From an uncultured Porphyromonadaceae bacterium (lineage in GTDB: Bacteria; Bacteroidota; Bacteroidia; Bacteroidales; Muribaculaceae): a DNA stretch of 64,000 nucleotides. The stretch lies in contig CABTZK010000003.1 in NCBI GenBank assembly GCA_902489275.1, positions 52,283 to 116,282 on the forward strand. Direction: 5' to 3'. Below, piece after piece: positions 27,457 through 37,100 of the stretch. The notes beneath the pieces were generated by a model, which saw only the letters and a list, made by a program, of their open reading frames with translations, did not search any database and was not told the DNA's origin. A program made the translations under genes and the position numbers. Positions within the stretch are counted from its first letter, which is position 1. The number at the start of each line of letters is the position of its first letter.

Positions 27457-28525
27457 CACATTTGGCAACATATTGACGCTCACCACCTTTGGAGAAAGTC
27501 ACGGCCCCGCCATCGGAGGGGTAATAGACGGTTTCCCCGCAGGTGTTCACATCAATCTCGATGAGATTCAGCATCAGCTGGGCCGCCGCAGCCCTGGCCA
27601 GTCATCCCTCACGACATCACGGCGTGAGGACGACAAGTTAGAGGTGCTTTCGGGCATCTATCATTGTCAAACGCTGGGGACTCCCATTGGCTTTGTGATT
27701 CGCAACAGCGGTCAGCGGCCAAGCGACTATCGCGAGGGAGAAAGTCTCTATCGTCCGTCACATGCCGACTACACCTACCAGGTCAAGTATGGCATTCGTG
27801 ACCACCGAGGTGGCGGGCGAGCCTCGGCACGCGAGACCGCATGCCGGGTCGCCGCTGGCGCCTTCGCGATGCAGGCGCTGAGACAGCTGGGAATGAAGAT
27901 TGTGGCCTACGCTTCGCAGATTGGAACGGTAAAGTGCGACTTGCCCTATCAAAATCTTGATTGGGGTGAAGTCGACAGCAACGCTGTTCGCTGCCCGAAC
28001 GCCGGCGCCGCGCGTCTCATGGAGCAAGCCATCGAGCAGGCCAAGTCCCATCGCGACTCGATTGGCGGCACGGTAACCGGGGTCATTCAAGGGGTGCCTG
28101 CCGGGCTGGGAGAACCCGTTTATGGCCGGCTCAACGCCCAGTTGGCTCACGCGATGATGAGCATCAATGCGGCTAAAGGTTTTGAACTCGGCTTGGGCTT
28201 TGGTTTCGCCAGCCAGAACGGCAGCGATGTGCTTGACCATTTTGTGAGCAGGAACGGAAAAATTGCAGTCAAGACAAACTTCTCGGGAGGCGTCCAAGGG
28301 GGCATCAGCAATGGCGAGGATATTTATTTCAAAGTTGCCTTTAAGCCTGTGGCAACCATCATGAGAGAACTTGAAACCGTGAGCCAAGACGGTCAGCCCG
28401 CTATCTATCACGCGCAAGGCCGCCACGATGCCTGTGTGGTGCCGCGCGCCGTGCCCGTTGTGGAATCGATGGCGGCGTTGGTCATGCTCGACAGCTACCT
28501 GCTCAACAAAACTGTGCATCTTTGA
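27446..28525 (+). CDS. aroC: Chorismate synthase
   Basis: FGESHGPAIGGVIDG N-terminus and RPSHADYTY motif. Confidence 0.9.
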   Translation: MMRNTFGNILTLTTFGESHGPAIGGVIDGFPAGVHINLDEIQHQLGRRSPGQSSLTTSRREDDKLEVLSGIYHCQTLGTPIGFVIRNSGQRPSDYREGESLYRPSHADYTYQVKYGIRDHRGGGRASARETACRVAAGAFAMQALRQLGMKIVAYASQIGTVKCDLPYQNLDWGEVDSNAVRCPNAGAARLMEQAIEQAKSHRDSIGGTVTGVIQGVPAGLGEPVYGRLNAQLAHAMMSINAAKGFELGLGFGFASQNGSDVLDHFVSRNGKIAVKTNFSGGVQGGISNGEDIYFKVAFKPVATIMRELETVSQDGQPAIYHAQGRHDACVVPRAVPVVESMAALVMLDSYLLNKTVHL

Positions 28526-29400
28526 AACCCTATCGAGAATATCGCGATTTTTTAAGTGAGCATTTTGAAACCAAAGTGCAAAAGATTGCTGTTGATGCTG
28601 GATTCTCTTGCCCCAACCGTGATGGCTCAAAAGGCAGGGGCGGCTGCATCTACTGCACCAACAAGGCTTTCAATCCACGCTATTGCGATGCGACAATGAG
28701 CGTGGCTGAACAAATAGAGGCAGGGAAGCGTTTCTTTGGCTCAAAGTATCACGACATGCGCTACATCGCATTCTTCCAGGCTCACACCGGCACCTACGCC
28801 CCGCTGCCTGTGCTGCAATCTCTTTGCGAGCAGGCGCTCGCCGTGGAAGGGATTGTGGGGCTGGTTATCGCCACGCGACCCGATTGCGTCGGCAATGAGC
28901 TGCTCGGCTATCTCGCTAAGCTCAGCCACAGCGCCTTTGTGATGATAGAGTTAGGTGTGGAATCGCTTCACGATGCCACCTTGCAACGCATCAACCGCTG
29001 CCATGATGCCGCATGCGCGGTCGATGCCATCCATCGAATTGCTGCCCATGGAATCCCCGTTGGCGCACACCTCATCATGGGCTTGCCTGGGGAAACCCGG
29101 GAGCAGATGCTTGCCACGGTCGACAGCCTTGTTGCCTTGCCCGTGTCAACCATTAAATTTCACCAGCTTCAAGTTTTGCGGGACACGCGTCTTGCACAAA
29201 TGATAGAAAAGGGCGAGTGCGGCATCATGCAGTGGTCAGCCCGCGAGTATGCGCGATTTTGCGCCGAGCTTGTTGCCCATGTTCCAAAGCGTATCGCCAT
29301 TGAGCGATTTGTGTCAGAATCTCCCGGCTCCATGCTCATTTCCCCCAGATGGGGGCTAAAGCCACAGCAGTTCAATGCGATGCTGCGGCAATACCTGTGA
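28522..29400 (+). CDS. TIGR01212-family radical SAM protein
   Basis: VDAGFSCPNRDGSKGRGGCIYCTN is the atypical cluster motif of this family. Confidence 0.8.
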   Translation: MKPYREYRDFLSEHFETKVQKIAVDAGFSCPNRDGSKGRGGCIYCTNKAFNPRYCDATMSVAEQIEAGKRFFGSKYHDMRYIAFFQAHTGTYAPLPVLQSLCEQALAVEGIVGLVIATRPDCVGNELLGYLAKLSHSAFVMIELGVESLHDATLQRINRCHDAACAVDAIHRIAAHGIPVGAHLIMGLPGETREQMLATVDSLVALPVSTIKFHQLQVLRDTRLAQMIEKGECGIMQWSAREYARFCAELVAHVPKRIAIERFVSESPGSMLISPRWGLKPQQFNAMLRQYL

Positions 29401-29562
29401 AAGCGCCATAGCGCCACATGAGTTTTCAATCAGTGGTAGAAGGGGATTGCGAGGATGGGGCAGAAGGCATGTCTCAAGAGCTAACCTAACTGCCAATAAA
29501 CCTTTTAACGCATTTTTGGAAAAGTAAGATGCGGTTTTATTGCAGGTTAATATAATTTTCTT

Positions 29563-29570
29563 TAATTTTG
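29563..29570 (+). promoter_or_regulatory. -7 promoter box (TAATTTTG) of the capsule operon
   Basis: Exact TAnnTTTG, 167 nt upstream of the upxY-like ATG. The long leader is typical of UpxY-controlled operons. Confidence 0.5.
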
Positions 29571-29587
29571 TGCCAAATTCCTTATAA

Positions 29588-29608
29588 GGGCAAAGATGCC
29601 CATTTTTT
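29588..29608 (+). promoter_or_regulatory. Leader hairpin plus T-run (terminator-like)
   Basis: GGGCA-AAGA-TGCCC, then A and TTTTTT. Confidence 0.35.
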
Positions 29609-29637
29609 GAGGAATTGGGTTTTAGAAGTATTTATCT

Positions 29638-29671
29638 CGTTGAGTTACAATTGTTTATGAAAAACTCAACG
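29638..29671 (+). promoter_or_regulatory. Leader hairpin (9 bp)
   Basis: CGTTGAGTT pairs with AACTCAACG around a 16-nt loop. Confidence 0.4.
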
Positions 29672-29736
29672 CCCCAGAGTAATTAATGAGAGCGAATAAT
29701 CGGATGGCTTTGAGCGTCGACAGTGACAAGGAAGGA

Positions 29737-30258
29737 ATGAAGTGGTTTGCCATGCGAGCCACTTTCAGGCGCGAATTGGCAGTTAAAGCGATTCTCGATG
29801 AAAAAAAAATTGACAGTTTTGTCCCCATGCACTATGTGCTCTCGGAGTGGAGGCGCAAAAAAGTCAAGATGCTTGTCCCCGTGATCCACAACTTGATATT
29901 CGTCAGGTGGACGAGAGGGGAACTTCAGCAATTCAAGTCAAAAGTGCCTTTCTTGCAGTACATGACCCGCAAGGCCGATGGGAAAAACGTCCCCATTGTA
30001 GTTCCTGACCAGCAAATGACAGATTTTATCGGCGTGACCAACACGCACAACGACGAGCTGATCTACTTGCGCCCTGGCGATGCCCGCCTCAGGGAGGGGA
30101 CGCCCGTCAGGGTGCATGGAGGAGCGTTCGACGGGCGTGAAGGCGTTTTTGTCAAAATCGAGGGGCGAAGAAACCGCCGAGTCGTTATTGATATTCAAGA
30201 TGTTATCTCTGTCGCTTTCTCAAGCAGTCAGGCCGATTATTTGGAAGTATTAAGATGA
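29737..30258 (+). CDS. UpxY-family (NusG-like) transcription antiterminator
   Basis: MKWFAMRATFRRELAVKAILDEKKIDSFVPM NGN-type N-terminus and a KOW-like VRVHGGAFDGREGVFVKI. It is the first gene of the polysaccharide operon. Confidence 0.75.
   Translation: MKWFAMRATFRRELAVKAILDEKKIDSFVPMHYVLSEWRRKKVKMLVPVIHNLIFVRWTRGELQQFKSKVPFLQYMTRKADGKNVPIVVPDQQMTDFIGVTNTHNDELIYLRPGDARLREGTPVRVHGGAFDGREGVFVKIEGRRNRRVVIDIQDVISVAFSSSQADYLEVLR
29801..29809 (+). repeat. A9 homopolymer inside the upxY-like CDS
   Basis: gatg-AAAAAAAAA-ttgac; the reading frame is GAA AAA AAA ATT. Confidence 0.9.
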
Positions 30259-31346
30259 TCTATTTGATTTTTGCGTCTTTTGTTTTAAGCATGGTCTTGT
30301 CGGCGGTCATTTTGTTAAAGACCTTAGACATTGCGTTTAAGAACTCGCTTTTCGACAAGCCCAATGAGCGAAAAATCCACCATGGCAACATCCCGCGTCT
30401 GGGCGGAATAGCGCTTTATCTCTCATCGACCATCGCTTTCATACTCGTGATGGGTTCGGTTTTCCTGATTGACCGCAATGAGATTTTCACCATTTTCAGC
30501 GTGCGTTATAGGCAATTAGTCTTTTTCCTATGCGCAGCTACCATCTTGTTTGGCTTTGGCCTCTATGACGACTTGGTGGGGTTGAGGTACCGCTCCAAGT
30601 TTCTCGGTCAAATCATCGCCGGGCTGCTCTTGTGCCTGTCGGGGGTGTGGGTCAAGGACCTGCATGGCTTGTTTGGCATTCATGCGCTATCGCCGCTTGC
30701 TGGCTATCCGCTCACTATATTTGCGGTGCTGCTGATTACCAACGCCATCAATTTCATTGATGGCATCGATGGGTTGGCGGGCAGCCTTTGTGCGATATGC
30801 CTCTTGATTGATGCGGTATTCTCCTTTTGCACGCTTCTGCACATCGAGTTGCTTATCTCGGTCTCGGTGCTGGCGACGCTGTTTCCTTTCCTTTACTTGA
30901 ACATCAAGGGGAAGGCCGATCGTCAAAAGAAGATTTTTATGGGCGACACGGGTTCTTTGTTCTTAGGTCTTGTGATAGCGGCTATAGGCATCTCGATCAG
31001 CAACATCCCCGATGCCCAATATGGGGTCAACACCTTTGTGCTGGCATTCTCGCCTCTCATTGTCCCCTGTTTCGATGTGGTGAGGGTTGTCGTGCTGCGA
31101 CTGTACAAGAATAAGAGCCCATTTAATCCCGACCAGACCCACATCCACCACATGCTGCTGGCCACGGTTGGCGGGCAGGGCAAGGTGCTCTTGATCTTGC
31201 TGGGCATCTCGCTCTTGATGGTCGCTCTGTCAATCGCGATTTCGTCAGCCTTTAACATCGACATCGTTTTCTATGCCGACATTCTTGTGTGGGTTGTCAT
31301 CATGATGCTCATAGCAAGGCGAAAAACTAAAAAAATAGAAAAATAA
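30255..31346 (+). CDS. WecA/MraY-family polyprenyl-phosphate HexNAc-1-phosphate transferase (initiating transferase)
   Basis: About 10 TMs, with NAINFIDGIDGLAG and MGDTGSLFLG motifs. Its ATG overlaps the upxY stop (ATGA). Confidence 0.75.
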   Translation: MIYLIFASFVLSMVLSAVILLKTLDIAFKNSLFDKPNERKIHHGNIPRLGGIALYLSSTIAFILVMGSVFLIDRNEIFTIFSVRYRQLVFFLCAATILFGFGLYDDLVGLRYRSKFLGQIIAGLLLCLSGVWVKDLHGLFGIHALSPLAGYPLTIFAVLLITNAINFIDGIDGLAGSLCAICLLIDAVFSFCTLLHIELLISVSVLATLFPFLYLNIKGKADRQKKIFMGDTGSLFLGLVIAAIGISISNIPDAQYGVNTFVLAFSPLIVPCFDVVRVVVLRLYKNKSPFNPDQTHIHHMLLATVGGQGKVLLILLGISLLMVALSIAISSAFNIDIVFYADILVWVVIMMLIARRKTKKIEK

Positions 31347-31362
31347 AAAAACAAAAACAGAT

Positions 31363-32154
31363 ATGAAGTTAAAAAAATTAGTAGCCACGTGCTCAATTGC
31401 CCTGCTGCTGGCAGGATGCCAGACACCGAAGCTCGGTTATTTCCAAGATGTGCAAGACGGGCAAGTGAATCACTCCGTGAGCTCACAGAGGATTAAGGCG
31501 CAGCCAGGCGACAAGCTGTCAATCCTGGTGAGCAGCAAAAATCCAGAGTTGGCCTATCTCTACAACTTGCCCATTGTGGGGCATTATCAGTCGTCGTCGT
31601 CAGGAAAAGGTCTGAGCACCTCGCAAATTGCCAATTATACCATTGACGAGAATGGAAATATCGAGTTCCCGTATGTGGGCCCAATGCACATTGCGGGATT
31701 AACGCGCAGTGAGATTGCCGCGCTGGTCAAGCGCACGCTGATCTCCAAAGACTTGCTGAAAGACCCCAGTGTGACGGTCGATTTCCTCGACATGTATTTC
31801 TCGGTCATTGGCGAGGTGAAGTCGCCAGGCCGATTTATCATCGACCACGACAAGGTCACTTTGCTCGACGCGTTGAGCCAGGCCGGCGACTTGACCATCT
31901 ATGGCCGCCGCGACAATGTGCTGGTGATGCGTGAAGAGGATGGAGTGCACAAGTCCTATCGTGTTGACCTCACCAATGCCAGCAAATTGTACGCTTCTCC
32001 TGTGTTTAACTTGAAACAAAACGATATTGTCAGCGTGGAGCCGAACGCCAAGCGCGCACGCGAGTCCACGGGGGTGGGCAATGCCTTCATGCAGCCCTCG
32101 TTGTGGATTTCGGTAGCCTCGCTGGCGACCACGCTATTTGTTTTATTTAAATAA
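31363..32154 (+). CDS. wza: Polysaccharide export outer-membrane lipoprotein (Wza family)
   Basis: Lipobox LLLAGCQ. Poly_export/SLBB pattern: PGDKLSILV ... GEVKSPGRF. Confidence 0.8.
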   Translation: MKLKKLVATCSIALLLAGCQTPKLGYFQDVQDGQVNHSVSSQRIKAQPGDKLSILVSSKNPELAYLYNLPIVGHYQSSSSGKGLSTSQIANYTIDENGNIEFPYVGPMHIAGLTRSEIAALVKRTLISKDLLKDPSVTVDFLDMYFSVIGEVKSPGRFIIDHDKVTLLDALSQAGDLTIYGRRDNVLVMREEDGVHKSYRVDLTNASKLYASPVFNLKQNDIVSVEPNAKRARESTGVGNAFMQPSLWISVASLATTLFVLFK

Positions 32155-32175
32155 TCATTGATAAAATCTACCAAC

Positions 32176-34593
32176 ATGGCCGAAGAACCCTACAACTCTA
32201 AAGCGCAAGCCAATCAAAGCGACGACGATAATTCTATTAAATTTCAGGAATTGTTATATCTGTGCACCATTCATTGGCATTGGTTCCTCATTTCTATTTT
32301 GATCGCAATGGCTTTAGGGGCATACTATTTCATTTCCACCCAGCCGGTCTATACCCGGACGGCCTCCATATTGATTAGAGAAGACCAGAATGTCCAAAAC
32401 ATTGGCAGCGAATTTGGGAAATTCTCCGATTTAGGCTCTTTTAATTCAAGAACCAACCTCTACAATGAAATCATCACCTTGAAGTCCCCATCCTATATGA
32501 TTGATGTGGTCAAGAAACTTCATCTCGATTTTTCCTACGAGGAAGATGGCGCTTTTCATCGCAACGCTTTGTATGACAAAACTTTGCCCATCACGGTGTC
32601 TTTGCCCGACATTGACGACGAGCAATATGCCTCATTGACCGTTAAACTGCTCGATAATGGTCAGGTTCATCTATATGATTTTAGTGAAACGGGAAATTCA
32701 GAGCAGGAGACCAATCAAGTCATTAAGGCCAGGCTGGGGCAGGTGGTCCAAACCCCGTTGGGAAAAGTCATTGTCAATCCCACAAAGTTTTACGTTGGGA
32801 AATACGACAAGCCCATTTTTGTCACCAGGCGCGGTTACTCTGATGTGACCAAGTCGTTTGTCTCAAAATTGAATGTCGAGTTGAACGACGATAAGGCATC
32901 GGTTGTCGATTTAACCTATGTCGATGTGGCGCCCAAAAGGGCCGAGGATATTTTAAACCAGCTTTTTATCGTCTATAATGAAAAGTGGATTGAAGATATT
33001 AACAAGCAGGCCATTAGCACTTCGAGTTTTATCGACGACGAGCTTCGCCAAATTGAGTCCGAGCTGGGAAATGTCGATGCCGATATTTCCAATTACAAGA
33101 GCCAGCATCTTGTGCCCGATGTGCAGGCAGCGTCGAATATGTACATGAATCGTGCCGAGACCAACAGCAACTTGCTGCTGGAGTTGAAGAACCAACTTTA
33201 CATGGCACGATATATTAAGCGCCAAATCCAAGACAACGGCAAGAGATACACGCTTCTTCCTGGCAACACGGGCATTGGCGATGGAGTGGTCTCTCAGCAG
33301 ATTGCCGACTATAATGAGAAGGTGCTGCAAAGGAACAGCCTGGTCGCCAACAGCAATGCCTCCAACCCGCTGGTTGTAGACCTCGATCAAGCCATCGCGG
33401 CAACGCGTCGTGCGATTGAGTCTTCCATCAACAATGTGATCTCTACGCTCGACGACCGCATCAGAGGCTTGCAAGGCAGCGAAAGCGAAGCCAAGGAGCA
33501 AATTGCCGCCAATCCTATGCAAGCCAAGTACCTGCTGAGTGTTGAGCGGCAGCAGAAGGTGAAGGAGCAGCTTTATATCTTCCTGCTTCAAAAGCGCGAG
33601 GAAAATTCTCTCTCCAAAGCCTTCACAGCCTATAACACAAAATTGCTTAATCCTCCGGCCGGTAGCCAGTGGCCGACAAAGCCTGTTAAATTCAACGTGA
33701 TGCTGGTCTCGCTCCTTTTAGGCCTGTTGGTGCCCTTGATCTTGTTGCTCATTATCCACAGCATGGACAACGAGGTGAGAAATAAAAAAGACTTGGAAGG
33801 ATTGTCGATTCCTTTCATTGGCGAGATTCCGCTCTCTTACCGCAAGTATCATGGCTTGCTCGCATTCCTTAACAGGAAGAAGGAGGTCCGTAAGATTGTC
33901 GTGCAAGAGAAAGGCGGCAACATCATCAATGAGGCTTTCCGTGTGGTCCGCACCAACCTGGAGTTTGTCTCTGGCAAGGAGGGAGTCAATAAAACCATCA
34001 TGTTCACCTCTGCCAATGCTGGATCAGGCAAGACGTTTGTCTCTACCAACCTTTCAACCAGTTTCGCCATTAAAGGCAAAAAAGTCCTCTTGATTGACTT
34101 GGACTTGCGCAAAGCCTCGATGTCGACGTTTGTCAACTCACCGGCGCGCGGCATTTCTGACTTCTTAAGCGAGCATGTCGATGATGTGGAAGAGGTGATG
34201 GTGAAAGGGAAAATCAATAAAAACTTGGATGTGCTTCCCGTGGGCACCATTCCTCCAAATCCCACAGAGCTGCTGTTCAGCTCGCGGTTAGAGAGCATGT
34301 TGGCCGCCATGAGGGAAAAGTATGACTACATCTTCATTGATTGCCCTCCTTTGGATATTTTGGCCGACTCCACCATCATCAACAAGTTTTGCGACTTAAC
34401 GGTTTACGTCATCCGATCAGGCTTGTATGACCGCCGAATGTTGCCCGAGTTGGAGAAGTACTATGTCAACCAGAGGTTGAAGAACATGACCATTATCCTG
34501 AATGGTACCACCAGCGAGAGCAATGGCTACGGTTACGGCTACGGTTACGGCTACGGTTACGGCTACGGCTATGGTTATGCAAGTAAAAAGTAA
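32176..34593 (+). CDS. wzc: Polysaccharide co-polymerase / BY tyrosine autokinase (Wzc)
   Basis: Wzz-type periplasmic coiled-coil region between two TMs. Walker A SANAGSGKTFVS, A' LLIDLDLRK, B IFIDCPP, and a C-terminal (GY)9 tail. The track start at 32158 is TTG; the ATG at 32176 is preferred. Confidence 0.85.
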   Translation: MAEEPYNSKAQANQSDDDNSIKFQELLYLCTIHWHWFLISILIAMALGAYYFISTQPVYTRTASILIREDQNVQNIGSEFGKFSDLGSFNSRTNLYNEIITLKSPSYMIDVVKKLHLDFSYEEDGAFHRNALYDKTLPITVSLPDIDDEQYASLTVKLLDNGQVHLYDFSETGNSEQETNQVIKARLGQVVQTPLGKVIVNPTKFYVGKYDKPIFVTRRGYSDVTKSFVSKLNVELNDDKASVVDLTYVDVAPKRAEDILNQLFIVYNEKWIEDINKQAISTSSFIDDELRQIESELGNVDADISNYKSQHLVPDVQAASNMYMNRAETNSNLLLELKNQLYMARYIKRQIQDNGKRYTLLPGNTGIGDGVVSQQIADYNEKVLQRNSLVANSNASNPLVVDLDQAIAATRRAIESSINNVISTLDDRIRGLQGSESEAKEQIAANPMQAKYLLSVERQQKVKEQLYIFLLQKREENSLSKAFTAYNTKLLNPPAGSQWPTKPVKFNVMLVSLLLGLLVPLILLLIIHSMDNEVRNKKDLEGLSIPFIGEIPLSYRKYHGLLAFLNRKKEVRKIVVQEKGGNIINEAFRVVRTNLEFVSGKEGVNKTIMFTSANAGSGKTFVSTNLSTSFAIKGKKVLLIDLDLRKASMSTFVNSPARGISDFLSEHVDDVEEVMVKGKINKNLDVLPVGTIPPNPTELLFSSRLESMLAAMREKYDYIFIDCPPLDILADSTIINKFCDLTVYVIRSGLYDRRMLPELEKYYVNQRLKNMTIILNGTTSESNGYGYGYGYGYGYGYGYGYASKK
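34525..34578 (+). repeat. (GGY TAY)9 coding microsatellite encoding (Gly-Tyr)9
   Basis: GGCTACGGTTAC x3, then GGCTAC GGCTAT GGTTAT, in frame at the Wzc C-terminus. Confidence 0.95.
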
Positions 34594-34631
34594 TGTTAAA
34601 ATGAAGTTCATAGAAAATTAATTCTTTTGTC

Positions 34632-35840
34632 ATGAAAGCATGTTTTATCGGTTTAGGGTATATTGGTCTGCCAACGGCAATTGTTGCTGCTCATCATGGG
34701 ATGGACATTGTTGGCGTGGACATCAATCCCCAAGTCGTCGAGAAAACGCGGCGCGGTGAGCTTCACATTGTAGAGCCTGGTTTGGAGGCGATGCTCAAGC
34801 AGGTCATCGCATCGGGCAAATTGAGGGTTCAATCTGCGCCAGAGCCAAGCGACGCGTTTTTTATTGTTGTTCCCACCCCTTTCAAGGGCGATCATCACGA
34901 GCCCGATGTTTCCTATGTCGAGGCTGCGACCCAATCGGTGACTCCCTACTTGAAGCCTGGCAACTTGTTTGTCATCGAGTCTACCTCGCCCGTTGGAACA
35001 ACCGAGGCGATGGCCAGCTTGATTTTCAACGCGCGGCCCGAGTTGGAGGGGAACATCAATATTGCTTATTGCCCCGAGCGTGTCCTTCCTGGCAATGTGA
35101 TCGAGGAGTTGACCCATAACGACCGGGTGATTGGCGGCCTCAACGAGCAGGGCACCGACAAGGCCATCGAGTTCTATGCCACCTTTGTGAGCGGGCAGCT
35201 GCACCGCACCAATGCGAGGACGGCCGAGCTGTGCAAGCTCACGGAGAACTCAAGCCGCGATGTGCAAATCGCGTTTGCCAACGAGTTGTCGCTCATTTGC
35301 GACAGGGCAGGGATTAACGTTTGGCACTTGATCGAGTTGGCCAACAAGCACCCCAGGGTGAGCATCCTCCAGCCTGGGTGCGGCGTGGGCGGACACTGCA
35401 TCGCTGTCGACCCCTACTTTATCACCTCGGCTTATCCGCAGGAGTCGCGCATCATCGCCCAGGCTCGCGAGGTGAACAACTACAAGGCCCAGTGGTGTGC
35501 CGAGAAAGTGAAAAACGCGATGCTCCAGTTTGAGCTTGAGCATGGCCACAAGCCCGTTGTCGCCATGATGGGGCTCGCGTTTAAGCCCGACATTGACGAC
35601 TTGCGCGAGTCTCCTGCCAAGCGCATCACGAGCGACGTGATGCAAGGGTGCAACAATGCCGAGATGATGGTTGTCGAGCCCAACATTAAGCAGCACAACG
35701 TGTTCAAGCTCACTGGCTATCAAGCCGCCTATGAGAAAGCCGACATCGTTGTGTTCCTGACCGCCCACCGCCAGTTCAAGACGTTGCCTTGGAGAGACGA
35801 CAAGATCATTCTTGACTTTTGCGGGGTCTTCAAGAAATAA
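34632..35840 (+). CDS. wecC: UDP-N-acetyl-D-mannosamine dehydrogenase (WecC/Cap5O-like)
   Basis: N-terminal Rossmann CFIGLGYIGLPTA, catalytic GVGGHCIAVDP, 402 aa. Confidence 0.75.
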   Translation: MKACFIGLGYIGLPTAIVAAHHGMDIVGVDINPQVVEKTRRGELHIVEPGLEAMLKQVIASGKLRVQSAPEPSDAFFIVVPTPFKGDHHEPDVSYVEAATQSVTPYLKPGNLFVIESTSPVGTTEAMASLIFNARPELEGNINIAYCPERVLPGNVIEELTHNDRVIGGLNEQGTDKAIEFYATFVSGQLHRTNARTAELCKLTENSSRDVQIAFANELSLICDRAGINVWHLIELANKHPRVSILQPGCGVGGHCIAVDPYFITSAYPQESRIIAQAREVNNYKAQWCAEKVKNAMLQFELEHGHKPVVAMMGLAFKPDIDDLRESPAKRITSDVMQGCNNAEMMVVEPNIKQHNVFKLTGYQAAYEKADIVVFLTAHRQFKTLPWRDDKIILDFCGVFKK

Positions 35841-35879
35841 AACGAAATCATTCACTATTCACATTCGTCATTGCCGGTT

Positions 35880-37079
35880 ATGTTGCTTTCATTAGCAGTC
35901 TACACAAGCACTTCGCTGATTTTATATTATCTCGGGAGACATGTGTCTGCACGTGAGGCTAAAATGCGTTCCAATGGACTGAGGACAGCAAGGGCGCCTT
36001 TGTTCTCCTGGGAGATTATCACATCGGTCGTCTTGCTGGTCTTTGTTTTCGGCCTGCGCTATGACACGGGCAATGACTACTTGCAGTACTATTGCAACTA
36101 CCGCTACTATCAAGAGTTTGGCATGTTCAGTCGTGTGAATTTCGAGCCTGTCTTCAGGTGGATTACAGGGCTTTTCGCGTCGTCAGGCCTGCACTATGCT
36201 GCCTACTTTTGTTTTTGGGTTCTCTTGCAGGTATGCCTGGTTTACTTTTCTCTGCGAGACAGGAAGTTCTTGCTGCCCTGGCTGTGGGCCTTGCTCATCA
36301 TGGGCCCTTATTGCAACAACTGGCTGTCGTTTATTCGCCAGTGGACCGTGGCATTGATTTTTTTAGCCTCGATTCCATTGCTCGAACAACGCAAATTCAT
36401 TCCCTTTGCAGTGATTATCTTGCTTTGCATGACGCTGCACAAGTCGGCGTGGTTACTGCTTGCGGGATGTGCAATCCCATTCATGACGAAATTTGATGGG
36501 CACCGCAAGGCTTTCCTGTTGGTTTTCATCGTTTGCGTCCTGCTGGGCTTCAAGCCCGTTTGGTTAAGTGGATTGAGTTATTGCGCTAATGTGGTCGATC
36601 TGTTAGGCTATTCGTCCTATCACGTTTGGTTAGACCCTCTCTTGGAAAAGAATTTTGCCATGCAGGGCATCGGACCTCTTCGGATGATTAAATTGTTGTT
36701 GGGTGTGATTGTCATTTGGTGCTATCCCACGGTCAAAAGACAGTTCCCAGGCGACCGGCTTTTGCCCATTTATTATAGTCTGGCGTTTGTTGCCGTTTGC
36801 TATGAGAACCTGACTCTCAACACTTCATTTTTCCTCCAGCGACCTTCCGATTACCTCTTCATTTTCACGCTCATCATGGTGGCCTACGTGGTTCACGTGT
36901 TTCTCCAAAAGCGTTGCTACTGGAAAATGACAATGGTTTTAATGTGCGTTTGCGCCTACGTGCCCATTACGTTCGCCAAACTTCACTATTGGGATCCTGG
37001 CGATCAAAGCAGGATTTATTACCATGCTGTCTATGCCGTCGATGATTATCTTGACAAGGACTATCAGGGCATCAAGTAA
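35880..37079 (+). CDS. EpsG-family polysaccharide polymerase (Wzy-like)
   Basis: Polytopic protein with GNDYLQYY...NFEPVFRW, the EpsG-type N-terminal motif. The track start at 35871 is TTG. Confidence 0.55.
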   Translation: MLLSLAVYTSTSLILYYLGRHVSAREAKMRSNGLRTARAPLFSWEIITSVVLLVFVFGLRYDTGNDYLQYYCNYRYYQEFGMFSRVNFEPVFRWITGLFASSGLHYAAYFCFWVLLQVCLVYFSLRDRKFLLPWLWALLIMGPYCNNWLSFIRQWTVALIFLASIPLLEQRKFIPFAVIILLCMTLHKSAWLLLAGCAIPFMTKFDGHRKAFLLVFIVCVLLGFKPVWLSGLSYCANVVDLLGYSSYHVWLDPLLEKNFAMQGIGPLRMIKLLLGVIVIWCYPTVKRQFPGDRLLPIYYSLAFVAVCYENLTLNTSFFLQRPSDYLFIFTLIMVAYVVHVFLQKRCYWKMTMVLMCVCAYVPITFAKLHYWDPGDQSRIYYHAVYAVDDYLDKDYQGIK

Positions 37080-37100
37080 CGTAAATCATGAAAGATCACA

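Noticed and set aside
29401-29736. Invertible (inverton) promoter upstream of the capsule operon
   Set aside because: I looked for inverted repeats flanking the TAATTTTG box, as in Bacteroides CPS loci, and found none by eye. No recombinase gene is nearby. A computational inverted-repeat scan would be needed to exclude it fully.
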